From assembly GCA_965205085.1 (NCBI GenBank), contig OZ242039.1:357911-421910 (forward strand): a stretch of 64,000 nt of DNA, in the 5' to 3' direction. The position numbers and the translations under genes were made by a program. A model generated the notes under the pieces. That model ran no database searches. It saw only the letters and a program-made list of their open reading frames with translations, and was not told the DNA's origin. The stretch is from Bryobacterales bacterium. GTDB lineage: Bacteria; Acidobacteriota; Terriglobia; Bryobacterales; UBA6623. Below are positions 26,501 through 35,484 of the stretch, piece by piece (position 1 is the stretch's first letter; every line of letters begins with the position of its first letter).

Positions 26501-26694
26501 AGCAGCAGCAGGACACCCACGACGGCTGTGAATCCCACGTACTTGATCTGCTCCCGGCGATCCCGATTGATGGCGTGATCCTCGGAGACAACATGCACAG
26601 GTAGACAAAGATAGCAGAGCGCACCTCCTCCGGGTCCGTCGGGGCGCGGAGTCCCGTGATGTCCGCTCGGAACAGTCGGACGGGAGCAGCACAC
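23557..26694 (-). CDS. P1B-type (heavy-metal) ATPase fused to a C-terminal HflK-like SPFH domain
   Basis: Single 1045-codon ORF. The ATPase part spans residues about 60-690 (ITGESVP, VGCPCALILATP, FDKTGTLT, MIGDGVNDAPAL). There is no HMA domain, but the N-terminus carries CC, HH and CYLC. An extra hydrophobic helix follows (LAGPGAAALLASWLATSGFMI). The SPFH part spans residues about 745-1000 (IGVIERFGRKV, PGLQLKFPWPVD, NEAEGYANEQVALARGQAEAL). The exact start codon is uncertain. Confidence 0.88.
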   Translation of the reverse strand: MCCSRPTVPSGHHGTPRPDGPGGGALCYLCLPVHVVSEDHAINRDRREQIKYVGFTAVVGVLLLLNLIGIFDTLAGLDTAIFLALLAGYKTFYRAIAELLDRRISADLAIVIAAAAALAIGEYLAAAEAMFIMLLGEGLEAWAAGRTERAIHRFVDQLPHHARVVRDGEEVEVHVEDLLAGDLIAVRAGERISADGMVERGASSVDESPITGESVPRDKTVGDEVFSGTVNGHGLLHVRVTHAADDSTLARLIHLVEEARDHRTAPVVRVADRYARYFLPAILLAAGAVYFLSADTETEERVRRAVAVLIVGCPCALILATPAAMVAAIGGLARRGLLARGGQVVQKAAEIDTVVFDKTGTLTTGQFEIVEIIAAEGHSEEQVLTLGATAEAGSDHPLAKVIVRSAEERNLPRGQASDARIVPGRGAECICNGRPLRAGNEGFLAEAGIENLQDYLDAADRAGATPVLIADGNRFAGAILLRDTPKPGAHDAIHEIEELGLSNIILLTGDRRKSADAMARVVGISHVVAELLPEQKLDHIKQLQIQGRKVAMIGDGVNDAPALAAADVGIAISGSGADIAAEAADVVDLNTQIGRLPKLFGVSRRAVTTVWQNIILFAGVVNVVAVYVAGIGWMGPALAAGVHQISSIFVMLNSVRLLRVERPAGQVSRWRRGWELLGLGRTWEGLLDGLARIDPAAGFAWLVENRQRLAGPGAAALLASWLATSGFMIGTQEIGVIERFGRKVLPYREPGLQLKFPWPVDRLTRIQAQQIRVIEIGFRTAETTAFSDPPAYEWNLQHRDGRIQLREDETLMLTGDQNMIELTAVVHYDIGRPEDYLFRQLDAETTIRAASEAALRSVVNTMHLDALLTTGRREAERLTAERMNEMLGEYEAGVHVLQVNIQDMHPSVEVVDAFREVAGALEEKNRMINEAEGYANEQVALARGQAEALVQEAKAYRASRSDRAGGDASRFNQLEGAYRTAPESTVTRLYLEAMEEILPGRQKVVIDSHGGKRTLWTMDDGVLVAPSGARMQQPPPPFEIPETRE

Positions 26695-27700
26695 GCCGCA
26701 GTGCGGGACTGGCCGATCGCGCCTGGGGAATCATGCACCGGGTGCTTCGGCACGAAGGTGGCTTTCCGGACAGGTAGGCACGGACAGTGCGGCTCCATCG
26801 CGGGTCGCGATGAACCGTACGGATTCGCCGCCGGCAAGACTGGTGGTATCGCAACGTCCCCGGCCGGAATGCTCACAGCGGCACTCCGCAATCGTATCCG
26901 GCCCGCGCGACCAGGTGGGGTGCCCGGGAGCCGGATGAGAACATCCTCTCCTGCCGGGCCGCAGCACGGCTCGCCTTGGATTCCATCCTGCTCTCTTGTG
27001 CCTCCTGCAAACGGGCCAGGCCATGCGCACGCAGATCCCGCCCCGGAAACATCGAGGAGAGCGAGATCTCTATCCGAGGACACTGACCTGCACGACCGCT
27101 GCCACCGGCAGCAGTTGCGGGCTGACCGTACTGAGTTGCGCCCGCTCCAGTTCCTTCCCGCCAATCCCGCGCGTTGCAGCCGCACCAACCGGGCCGTCGC
27201 CAACAGCCCCCATACAGGCGCTTCCAGGGCCGGGCGCCCCGACCTGATCCGGGTCCGCCTTCACTCAACTCCCGGCGCACTTCAGGGCAGTCTCGATGGC
27301 CGCTCTCGCTCTCCATCCGCGGAACCTGGCTTGAAAGCCACGATGACTCGTCGCCGACCGTGTCTGGGCCGTTGCACGGTGGTGCAGCGTGTAGACATCG
27401 AACAAGCCCGTGGCACATCTTGGCGTTCCTCCGCACCAGCTCTCAACCCTTTCTGCCGAGGGGTCCGGGCCGGACATTCTGTGGCTGAGGCCGGGGCAGC
27501 CCGTATGGGCCGATGCGGCAACTCCCTCCCACAGCATCCCGCCAGAAGCACCGGGATCCGTTCGAGGCGTCCTGCAGGCACCCACTTGGCCGGAGCTGGG
27601 CTGAGCCAACCAGCGCGGCAGCGGACAAGGTCTCCGGACCGCATCGGATGTGCCCCAATCGGGGCGGAGCCACGATGTGTACAATCGTCAGTTTCGGACA

Positions 27701-29317
27701 ATGAAGAGTTACGCGGCCGGCCCAGAGGTCCCCCTGATCGAAGCGACGATCGGCGAGGTCTTCGACACGACGGTGCGCAAGCACCCGGATAAGGATGCCC
27801 TCGTATCGAGACACCAGGGCATCCGGCTGACGTATCGTCAGCTAGCCGAAACCGTCGACCGTACGGCCGCCGGCTTGTGGGGACTGGGCATCCGGCCGGG
27901 GGACCGCGTTGGAATGTGGGCAGCGAGTTGCGCCGAGTGGGTCTACGTGCAGGTCGCGACTGCCAGGATCGGAGCGATCTTGGTCAACGTGAACCCGGCA
28001 TATCGCGCCCGCGACCTGGAGTACATCCTTCATCGCTCCGAAATGAAGGCCATCTTTCTGCAAGAAAGCGACAGGTGGGTTCGGTACGTGGACGTTCTTG
28101 CCGAGGCCTGCCAGGGGGGCCCGCACGCTCTCCGGGAGTCCGTGCTTCTCGGAACGGATCAATGGCAGTCGATGCTGGACGGTGGCGTGTGTCCCGACCG
28201 TGTCCGGGTCGACAAGCACGATGTCACGAACATCCAGTACACGTCGGGCACCACGGGCAGGCCCAAGGGGGTCCTGCTGACGCACCACAATCTGGTGAAC
28301 AATGCGTATCTGGTGGGTAGCGGGCTTCGATGGTCGTCCGAAGACAGGCTCTGTCTTCCGGTGCCGCTATACCACTGTTTCGGCTGCGTCCTGGGTTCGC
28401 TGCAGTCGATTGTCTACGGGGCGACGCTTGTGCTCCCTTCGGGGCAGTTCGACCCCCACGCCGTCTTGTCGGCGATCGACGAGGAGCGGTGTACCACCGT
28501 GTATGGGGTGCCCACGATGTTCATCGCCGAGTTGGACCATCCGGAGTTCGCGGCGTTCGACACCTCCTGCCTGCGTACCGGGATCATGGCCGGCTCGCCA
28601 TGTCCAGTGGAACTGATGAAGCGGGTCGCGGGCGAAATGCGCTGCGACGGGCTTACGATCGCTTACGGGCTGACCGAGGCCTCACCGGCCATCACGCAGA
28701 GCATGAGCGACGATTCGCTGGAAGTTCGCACGTCCACGGTCGGCCGTGCAATGCCGTGCACCGAAGTGAAGATCGTCGACAACGACTCGGGTAAGACTGT
28801 CGAAATCGGCGAAAGGGGCGAGCTGCTGACGCGTGGCTACCTCGTGATGAAGGGGTACGACAGGGATCCGGAGAGCACGGCGAGGGCCATCGATAGCGAC
28901 GGATGGCTCCATACCGGCGATCTGGCGACGATGCGGGAGGACGGGAACATCCGAATCACCGGTCGAGCCAAGGAAATGATCATTCGTGGCGGGGAGAACA
29001 TCTATCCCCGCGAGATCGAGGAATACCTGCACGGTCATCCCGAGATTGCCGACGTCCATGTGGTTGGCGTACCTGACGCGCGCCTTGGCGAGAGGGTGCT
29101 TGCCTGGATCAGGGTGCGGGAAGGTTCCGGCCTGACGGAAGGGGATGTCGAGGCCTTCTGCCGAGGGCGGATCGCCCATTTCAAGATTCCCGAGTACATT
29201 CGATTCGTCGACGAGTTCCCCATGACGGTAACCGGCAAGGTGCAGAAGTTCCTGATTCGGAGTCGAGAAATCGAACTTCGCGGACTTGCCGGGGCGGCGG
29301 GAATCGAGACCGCCTGA
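27701..29317 (+). CDS. AMP-dependent synthetase/ligase (fatty-acyl-CoA synthetase-like)
   Basis: Start placed at MKSYAAGPEVPLIE; the track ORF begins 17 codons earlier, at 27650. Contains AMP-binding motif YTSGTTGRPKGV, the TGDLATMREDGNIRITGRAKEMI block, and a C-terminal GKVQKF. Confidence 0.9.
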   Translation: MKSYAAGPEVPLIEATIGEVFDTTVRKHPDKDALVSRHQGIRLTYRQLAETVDRTAAGLWGLGIRPGDRVGMWAASCAEWVYVQVATARIGAILVNVNPAYRARDLEYILHRSEMKAIFLQESDRWVRYVDVLAEACQGGPHALRESVLLGTDQWQSMLDGGVCPDRVRVDKHDVTNIQYTSGTTGRPKGVLLTHHNLVNNAYLVGSGLRWSSEDRLCLPVPLYHCFGCVLGSLQSIVYGATLVLPSGQFDPHAVLSAIDEERCTTVYGVPTMFIAELDHPEFAAFDTSCLRTGIMAGSPCPVELMKRVAGEMRCDGLTIAYGLTEASPAITQSMSDDSLEVRTSTVGRAMPCTEVKIVDNDSGKTVEIGERGELLTRGYLVMKGYDRDPESTARAIDSDGWLHTGDLATMREDGNIRITGRAKEMIIRGGENIYPREIEEYLHGHPEIADVHVVGVPDARLGERVLAWIRVREGSGLTEGDVEAFCRGRIAHFKIPEYIRFVDEFPMTVTGKVQKFLIRSREIELRGLAGAAGIETA

Positions 29318-29347
29318 GGCCGGTATCTAGCAGGAGCTGCGTCGCGG

Positions 29348-32300
29348 TCAGCCACCCTGCTGCAGTCTGGCTTGGTCCAGCACCCATCGTCGAATGAGCT
29401 GGTAGCCTGGATCGTCCGGGGCGTAGCGGACGCCGCCCTGGTGACCGTCCTCCTCGCCGGACTGGATGTTGAGGGGCTTGCGCAGGAACTTGCTTCTCTC
29501 GACGTCGTGCAGGTCGACGCGCTGCTGCATCCGGCGATAGTTGCCGAGAAGACCCTCCGGAGGAATGTATCCGGCTGCATCGGGCGGCTCGATGTACAGC
29601 GTCGGCACGCGTCCCGGAACTCCGTGGCATGAAATGCAAGCCCGGTTGTCCTTCGGATCGATCCGCGTCATTTCCGTGAACACGTAGTCGCGGAAACGAA
29701 TGATGTCGGCGATCCACTCCTCCGACACCCCCAGCGGGCGAATCTCGCCCGGCCGCTTTCGGCTGCCGTCCTGCTCCTGACGGATCAGATCGCGGAGTTT
29801 GGCACCGTAAATCCTGTCGTCGCTGTTCAGGATGTTCTCGATCCGGCTCCGGTAGACCGGGCTGGGCTCCTGATCGACCCAGGTCGTCAGGGTCTTGAGC
29901 ACCTCCGGGTGACGTCGCAGGGCCGTCTTGTTGGCGAGCGTGATGGCTTCCTTGCGCACATCCTCAGGAGCGTCAGCGGAGAACCACGACGTGAACATGC
30001 GGATCAGCCGGTCCTTCGCCTCGATGATCGGGTCGATCACCTCGATGCCCAACTCGTCCTCGGTGAACAGCGAGCCCGCGTTTTCGGCCGGCTCCAGCTT
30101 GATGTAGTCGAGGCCGAATATGAAGTTCTTCTCGGCATCTGGATGGGCCCCCGCCATGCGGAACGCGAGTCGATTCACGCCTGCCGTGAAGCCGTGGACT
30201 CCGAGCGAGACCGGCCCGGGAGCGGTCAGGTCCGGCCGGTAGAAGTCCATCCGGTCACCGAAGGGCTCTCCGTTGAGAAACGGCTGGACCGTGCCCATTT
30301 CCCGATCGAAGACGAAGGCCGCGACAATCTCGTACAGCCCTGCTGCAGGAGCTTCGACGGCAAACGTCAGCCGGTTCCCGGGAAGTCCTTCGCGCCACCA
30401 CAGTATGGTGTTGCGGCTTGCCAGACCGTCCGGGACGAGCTGCTTGGTCGTACGTCCGCCGGTCAGTTCCAGAACCTCCAGATCCTCGGCTTCAGTTGCG
30501 CCCTCGATCGCGTCTTGCAGAGTGGGTCCCCCTTCCTGGTAACGCAGCATCCATTCGGTCGAGGGTAGCCAGAAACGGGCGTTCTCCTCGACATGGTCGA
30601 ACACGGCCCGCCGATGGAGCGTCGGGTTGTCCCCCAGCATCCGCCCGAGCAGGGCCGACCGCTGCTCCAGGACAGCCCGGCTCGAGTCGGAGCGTGATGC
30701 CGGGCGTCCGAGCAGGTAGGGTACCGCGGCGGTCGGAGACGGCTCTTCGGAGGGGACGAGCATCTGGAAGAACTCGCGCTCGGCCTCTGGCTCACCGTCC
30801 GGAAAATGCCAGCGGACCCTCGAAAGGAACCGAACCAGCGCCTCCGCGTCGTCGCGCCGTCCTGCTTGTAGGAAGGCGTCGAGTTTGTCGAGCAGTGGGC
30901 GGATCGTCTCCCTCTCGGCCCGCAGGTGGAACGCTCTCGGATTGGACAGGGCCTTCGCCGCGGCAGCGACCTGTTCCAGGTCGTCGCTCTGCAGCAGTGC
31001 AAACAAATGGTCCTGCAGTGGCCGGTAGTTCACGTTGGCCGCACCCTGCAGCGCTAGCGATCGCCACGGGACGGGTTTCGAGTCGTCCCGGCTGCGGTAG
31101 ATCGTCAGGAGAATCTCGCCGATGACCTCAGTCGAGCCGGGAGTTGAGTAACCGAGTTGTCCCGGGCCGCCGTCGTTGCCGCGTTCTTCGAAATGGGTCG
31201 CCGCCACCGCTGTCAGCCGCTCCTCAAGCCGTTCCCGTTGCTTGGGCGGACGCCGGCGGGTGGCCGAGAGCATCCGATACAGATCGGCCAACTCGCGGTA
31301 CTGCTGGGGGCGATTGTCGGTGCCGGTCTGGTTGGCGATCTGGCCGTTGGTTATCAGCAGGGCTGCCGTCGAGTAGCGAAGCGCAGCCTCGGCGTGGGCA
31401 TTCGGCTCGTCCGCCAGCAGGGCGTCCACCCACCCCCGGTTGATTCGTTGGCGCAAGGCCGGGTTCCAGACCCACCAGCGCCAAGCGGCCTTGAAGGCGA
31501 AGGCCCGAACCCCGGGAAACGGATCCCGCATCGCCGCCCGGAACAGGTCGGCCAGTCCTTTGTGGTCAACTCTCGAGCCGGGGCCAGCCAGATCGGCCCG
31601 GGTCACCAGTGCCTGCAGGACCGACTGCCGTGTCCGCTCGTCGCCAGCCCGGTAGGCGGCCAACAGGGCCGGCCAGCCCTGATCGTCCAGCAGCAGCTGC
31701 CGCATCGACCAGAACGCCGCCTCCCGGCAGGCCTTGACCGGATCAGAGAGGCCAGAAATGAGGGCCGGTATTCCTTGCGTCGCGAGCGACCCGCCGATCC
31801 CGAGGTATCCGAACGAACGAACCTCGGGCATGTCGTCCTCGGTCGCCTCGATCATCAGGTCCGCGAAGTCCTCCCGGCCCGTGGACTGCAGGGCGCGCAC
31901 CCGCGAGAGCTTTTCGATGGGGGTTTCTCCGGAGCGAGGCTCGAAGTCCTCGCGCCGGAACGCTTCGGCATCTCCCGGGTACAGGCGGCTGAGGGCTCGA
32001 ATCACGTACGCGTTCGTGACGAAGCCGGTCTGTGCGGAACGGTTCCAGAGGCCGTACTCGAACTGGTTCTTCAGTAGCCAATTCACGGCGCGCTGCACAA
32101 CCGGGCTGGTCGCCCCGTAGCCGGCTGCCCTCAGCCCGATCAGGGAGACAGCGGTGGGGGCCGGGTCGCCGGATTCGTCGATGCGGTTCCAGGTGTCCGT
32201 GCTTTCGTCGTGGACACCCAGATCGAACCCCCACGAACCGTCTTCCTGCTGCAGCGAGAGGAGCCGTCGCAGGTCCCGGTCGGCTTGGCGCCGGAACGCC

Positions 32301-34276
32301 GGGATGAGATCCCTGTACCGCCGACCGAGTTCGGAGGCGGGAGCGAGTGTCTCCAGTTCGTGTTGCGGGAGCAGCGCATGGAAGAACTCGAGCCGATGGC
32401 CGAGGTCGTCGACAACCTTGAGTCGGGTATCGCCCGTCGCGACGATCTTCTCCGCCTTGTCGACGATTCCGGCCAGGTAACGCTGATCGCCAGTGTCGCG
32501 CCAGGCCCGCTCGAGGATCTCGGCAGCAAATTTGAAGACCACATTCGGGCCGAAATTCGATCCCTTTCCGGCAGCATTGATGCCCTGCGGGTCGGCGGTC
32601 TGCAATACGTAGTTGGCCGTTCTCCTCTGCTGGTACGCATGCAGCCGTTTAGCGGGGTATGTACGCTCGTGCAGCACGATGTTCCGTCCGGCAACTCGGC
32701 TTCCGGCTGGTGCGTCGCCCAGGTCATTGGGTGCGAGCGACGTGTTGGCTGCGGCATCGACGAGCTCGTTCGTCGGCCGCAGGCTCTCGTACATCGTGTT
32801 GATGAGACGGCGGTAGTTCTGGATGGTGCCGTCCGGCCGGTAGCCGTAGCGCATGGCATCCGCCACGCCCCAGACTCCGCTCTGCGTGTGACAACTCATA
32901 CAGTTCTCGCCGAAGAGGCTCGAACCGTCCCGGACCCGCCTATGCACCGCAATGTTGCGGGGACGGTGGATGAGCCAGGCGTCGATCTCCGCGATGTGGT
33001 AGTAGATTGACTGCTGGATGGCTCGTTCCGGGCTGGCGTACGGTGCAGCGTCCACGATGCGCAGCTCGAGTTCATAGCCCGGCTGGTTTGCCTCGACGCG
33101 GACAAAATACGTTCCTCCCGGGTGCACCCGACGCGTCACGAAGGATCGGAAGTTGTCGTCTTGCTGGTGAATTCTCTCATTGGCGTCGCGACCGTCGTAG
33201 TAGCTGTACACCGGCTGGGGCCCGGGAATAACCTCCGTGTCGGGATGGATGTAGGGAATGGTGTTGCTGTTGCCGAAGTCCTCCCGTTTCGCTGCCTCGC
33301 GCGGTTCCAGTTCCCTCGCTGTGGGCACGCCCGGCTGGTAGATCCGGATCCGGGCACTGACGACCGGCTCTGGAATCTGCAGGTTCGCCGTCAGAAGCTT
33401 GACACGGTCGCCCCGGTATTCAATCCGATACCAGTCGTCCGGGGAACACCCCGAGGCGGGATTGTCGAAGTACTCAAGCTCGTCCGCGCCCCCGATCACC
33501 CGGAGTACCTGATCTACGCTACCGGCTGCGAAGGGAACGAGCACGGCGTTCTCCGGAGCGTTGTTCGGTTCCGTCTCGAGGACGATGTCGGCGGCTTGCG
33601 TCTCGTTGACGGGCCGGACGTCCACCCGGAGCTCGGCCGATTCGATCGGGGGAGTCTCCCGGGGCGGTGCGGTGGCGAGCGACGCCAGTCCCGTATCCCT
33701 GTGGTACCGCGAGATCGAACGTTCCCCGTCGATCACCGTATTGAGCTGCAGGTCATAGCGACCGGCGATGGGGGCCCGGTAGAGGATGTGGATGTCTGGG
33801 TCGAGTGCGTGAAGGATCTTGCTCCAGCCGTTGTGGACACCCACCACCAGGTCGCCCCGTTGATCCTCGCTCCGGCTATCGGAAACGGGAGGGCCATTCC
33901 ACATGGCTTCGATCCGGGCATTGTCGGGCAGCTGACCGGGATTGGCGATCCCGACGGAGATCCTCACGATTGCTCCGGCTGCAAGGTCCCACCCTCTGGA
34001 CCAGGCTCCTGAAAAGTCGATGGATTCTGCAGCGGATGTGACAGATGGAACACAACTCAGGACGGCAGCCGCGAGCGCTACCGCAGGATGCCGCAACCGG
34101 AATGGAGCCGGCCGGCTGGCGGCGGCGGATGGATGGATCGCGGGTGGGTGTGACATGACCGGAAGGGGCAGGGCGGTGAGTCGCGGGACGCAAGCGCGAG
34201 GTATTCCGGGGGGTCTCCCATGGAACCCGTTGTCGGACAACAGTTTCCACCCACAGGCGCGATGCCGTAGCGACAT
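29348..34276 (-). CDS. very large secreted multidomain protein (two CXXCH motifs, prenyltransferase/terpenoid-cyclase-like and HEAT-like repeats, PSCyt-like C-terminus)
   Basis: 1642-codon ORF. The likely true start is MSHPPAIHP (34156), followed by a signal-like AVALAAAVLSCVPSVTSA. It has CMSCH at 32888-32902 and CISCH at 29624-29638. Repeats such as LLSLQQEDGSWGF and AVNWLLKNQFEYGLWN look prenyltransferase-like. HEAT-like segments are present (PEVRSFGYLGIGG..IPALISGLSDPV..REAAFWSM). The C-terminal block NRACISCHGVPGRVPTLYI recalls planctomycete-type cytochrome domains. Confidence 0.85.
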   Translation of the reverse strand: MSLRHRACGWKLLSDNGFHGRPPGIPRACVPRLTALPLPVMSHPPAIHPSAAASRPAPFRLRHPAVALAAAVLSCVPSVTSAAESIDFSGAWSRGWDLAAGAIVRISVGIANPGQLPDNARIEAMWNGPPVSDSRSEDQRGDLVVGVHNGWSKILHALDPDIHILYRAPIAGRYDLQLNTVIDGERSISRYHRDTGLASLATAPPRETPPIESAELRVDVRPVNETQAADIVLETEPNNAPENAVLVPFAAGSVDQVLRVIGGADELEYFDNPASGCSPDDWYRIEYRGDRVKLLTANLQIPEPVVSARIRIYQPGVPTARELEPREAAKREDFGNSNTIPYIHPDTEVIPGPQPVYSYYDGRDANERIHQQDDNFRSFVTRRVHPGGTYFVRVEANQPGYELELRIVDAAPYASPERAIQQSIYYHIAEIDAWLIHRPRNIAVHRRVRDGSSLFGENCMSCHTQSGVWGVADAMRYGYRPDGTIQNYRRLINTMYESLRPTNELVDAAANTSLAPNDLGDAPAGSRVAGRNIVLHERTYPAKRLHAYQQRRTANYVLQTADPQGINAAGKGSNFGPNVVFKFAAEILERAWRDTGDQRYLAGIVDKAEKIVATGDTRLKVVDDLGHRLEFFHALLPQHELETLAPASELGRRYRDLIPAFRRQADRDLRRLLSLQQEDGSWGFDLGVHDESTDTWNRIDESGDPAPTAVSLIGLRAAGYGATSPVVQRAVNWLLKNQFEYGLWNRSAQTGFVTNAYVIRALSRLYPGDAEAFRREDFEPRSGETPIEKLSRVRALQSTGREDFADLMIEATEDDMPEVRSFGYLGIGGSLATQGIPALISGLSDPVKACREAAFWSMRQLLLDDQGWPALLAAYRAGDERTRQSVLQALVTRADLAGPGSRVDHKGLADLFRAAMRDPFPGVRAFAFKAAWRWWVWNPALRQRINRGWVDALLADEPNAHAEAALRYSTAALLITNGQIANQTGTDNRPQQYRELADLYRMLSATRRRPPKQRERLEERLTAVAATHFEERGNDGGPGQLGYSTPGSTEVIGEILLTIYRSRDDSKPVPWRSLALQGAANVNYRPLQDHLFALLQSDDLEQVAAAAKALSNPRAFHLRAERETIRPLLDKLDAFLQAGRRDDAEALVRFLSRVRWHFPDGEPEAEREFFQMLVPSEEPSPTAAVPYLLGRPASRSDSSRAVLEQRSALLGRMLGDNPTLHRRAVFDHVEENARFWLPSTEWMLRYQEGGPTLQDAIEGATEAEDLEVLELTGGRTTKQLVPDGLASRNTILWWREGLPGNRLTFAVEAPAAGLYEIVAAFVFDREMGTVQPFLNGEPFGDRMDFYRPDLTAPGPVSLGVHGFTAGVNRLAFRMAGAHPDAEKNFIFGLDYIKLEPAENAGSLFTEDELGIEVIDPIIEAKDRLIRMFTSWFSADAPEDVRKEAITLANKTALRRHPEVLKTLTTWVDQEPSPVYRSRIENILNSDDRIYGAKLRDLIRQEQDGSRKRPGEIRPLGVSEEWIADIIRFRDYVFTEMTRIDPKDNRACISCHGVPGRVPTLYIEPPDAAGYIPPEGLLGNYRRMQQRVDLHDVERSKFLRKPLNIQSGEEDGHQGGVRYAPDDPGYQLIRRWVLDQARLQQGG

Positions 34277-34383
34277 GACACTCGTTGCCTGCCGCCCATT
34301 ATAGGAACAGGCGTGCGATCCGGGAGCTCACGCCGCGATCGCCCTCCCGCACACCTGGAGCACCGGCCATTGCAGTCGAATGG

Positions 34384-35484
34384 CTATACACCTAGTCTGT
34401 CTGCAATGGCGGCGGCGATCTGCCCGCCGTGGAAGCGGCCGTTCTCAATGAAAATCTCGTTGGTGTGCATGCCGGCTACGATGACTCCGGCGAGATATAC
34501 ACCCGGTCTGTCGCTCTCGAGCGTGTCTGGATTCGTTCGGGGCCTCCGGGTGGCCTCGTCGAAGATAATCCCGATATTGGCGAGGAAAGTGGTGTCGGGC
34601 TGGTAGCCTGTCATCGCCAGGACGAAGTCGTTCCGGATCACGGTCGAACCCTCCGGGGTATCGAGATGCAATGTTTCCGGCTCAATGCGGGTCACCCTAC
34701 TTTCGAGGTAGGCCCTGATCTCGCCATTCTTGATCCGGTTCGAAATGTCGGGCATGATCCAGTACTTGATTTTGGGGCTGAGTACCGAATGACGGTGGAC
34801 GAGCGTAACACGGGCTCCGGACCGATAGCAGTCCAGAGCGCTAATGGCAGCCGAGTTCTGACCGCCAATCACCGCCAAGTCGCAGTCGTAGAATGGATGG
34901 GCCTCCCGATAGTAGTGATGGACCTTCGGCAAATCCTCTCCCGGAACGCCCAGCCGAACCGGTATGTCGTAGAAACCGGTGGCGAGGATCACCTTGCGCG
35001 CGTGGTAGTGCTTCACCCGTCCCGTGCGATCTGTCGTACTGACCACGAACGAGCCGTCGTCCCCCGCTACATCGTCGACATGCTCGTACAGGTGGATGTC
35101 GAGGTCGTAGTGGCCGGCCACGCGCCGGTAGTACTTGAGAGCCTCGCCCCGGGTCGGCTTTTCCCTTACCGCTGTCATCGGTATGTTGCCGATCTCGAGC
35201 AGCTCGGGTGTTGTGAAGAACGTAAGGTTGGTCGGGTACTTGTATAGGGAGTTAACGAGGCAGCCCTTGTCGATCGTCTTGGCTCGGAGACCGATCTTCT
35301 GGACCTCAATCGCGCAAGCCAGTCCGGTTGGGCCGGCCCCGACGACGATCACGTCCACGTCAAGTGCCTGGCCTGTCGAGTGCAACTTCAACACACCAGT
35401 ATAGGAATCAGGGAACAACGGCGGTGGGCACGTAGGGGATGGCTGAGCGAAGGCTGGACACGCCGGCTGGCCAAACACCGGCAC
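34384..35484 (-). CDS. ypdA: YpdA-family FAD/NAD(P)-dependent disulfide reductase (putative bacillithiol disulfide reductase type)
   Basis: Blocks DVIVVGAGPTGLACAIE (GxGxxG), LVNSLYKYPTNLTFFTTPELLEIG and KPTRGEALKYYRRV are characteristic of YpdA-type reductases. The true start is probably the GTG at 35394 (MLKLHSTGQALDVDVIVVG). The upstream 30 codons are Pro-rich and unlikely to be coding. Confidence 0.85.
   Translation of the reverse strand: MPVFGQPACPAFAQPSPTCPPPLFPDSYTGVLKLHSTGQALDVDVIVVGAGPTGLACAIEVQKIGLRAKTIDKGCLVNSLYKYPTNLTFFTTPELLEIGNIPMTAVREKPTRGEALKYYRRVAGHYDLDIHLYEHVDDVAGDDGSFVVSTTDRTGRVKHYHARKVILATGFYDIPVRLGVPGEDLPKVHHYYREAHPFYDCDLAVIGGQNSAAISALDCYRSGARVTLVHRHSVLSPKIKYWIMPDISNRIKNGEIRAYLESRVTRIEPETLHLDTPEGSTVIRNDFVLAMTGYQPDTTFLANIGIIFDEATRRPRTNPDTLESDRPGVYLAGVIVAGMHTNEIFIENGRFHGGQIAAAIADRLGV

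Noticed and set aside
26656-27792. A 378-aa plus-strand ORF spans the large intergenic region and runs into the acyl-CoA synthetase gene.
   Set aside because: Its composition is Arg/Pro/Ser/Gly-rich with no motifs. It overlaps equally long ORFs on the other strand. The downstream gene has its own plausible start at 27701.
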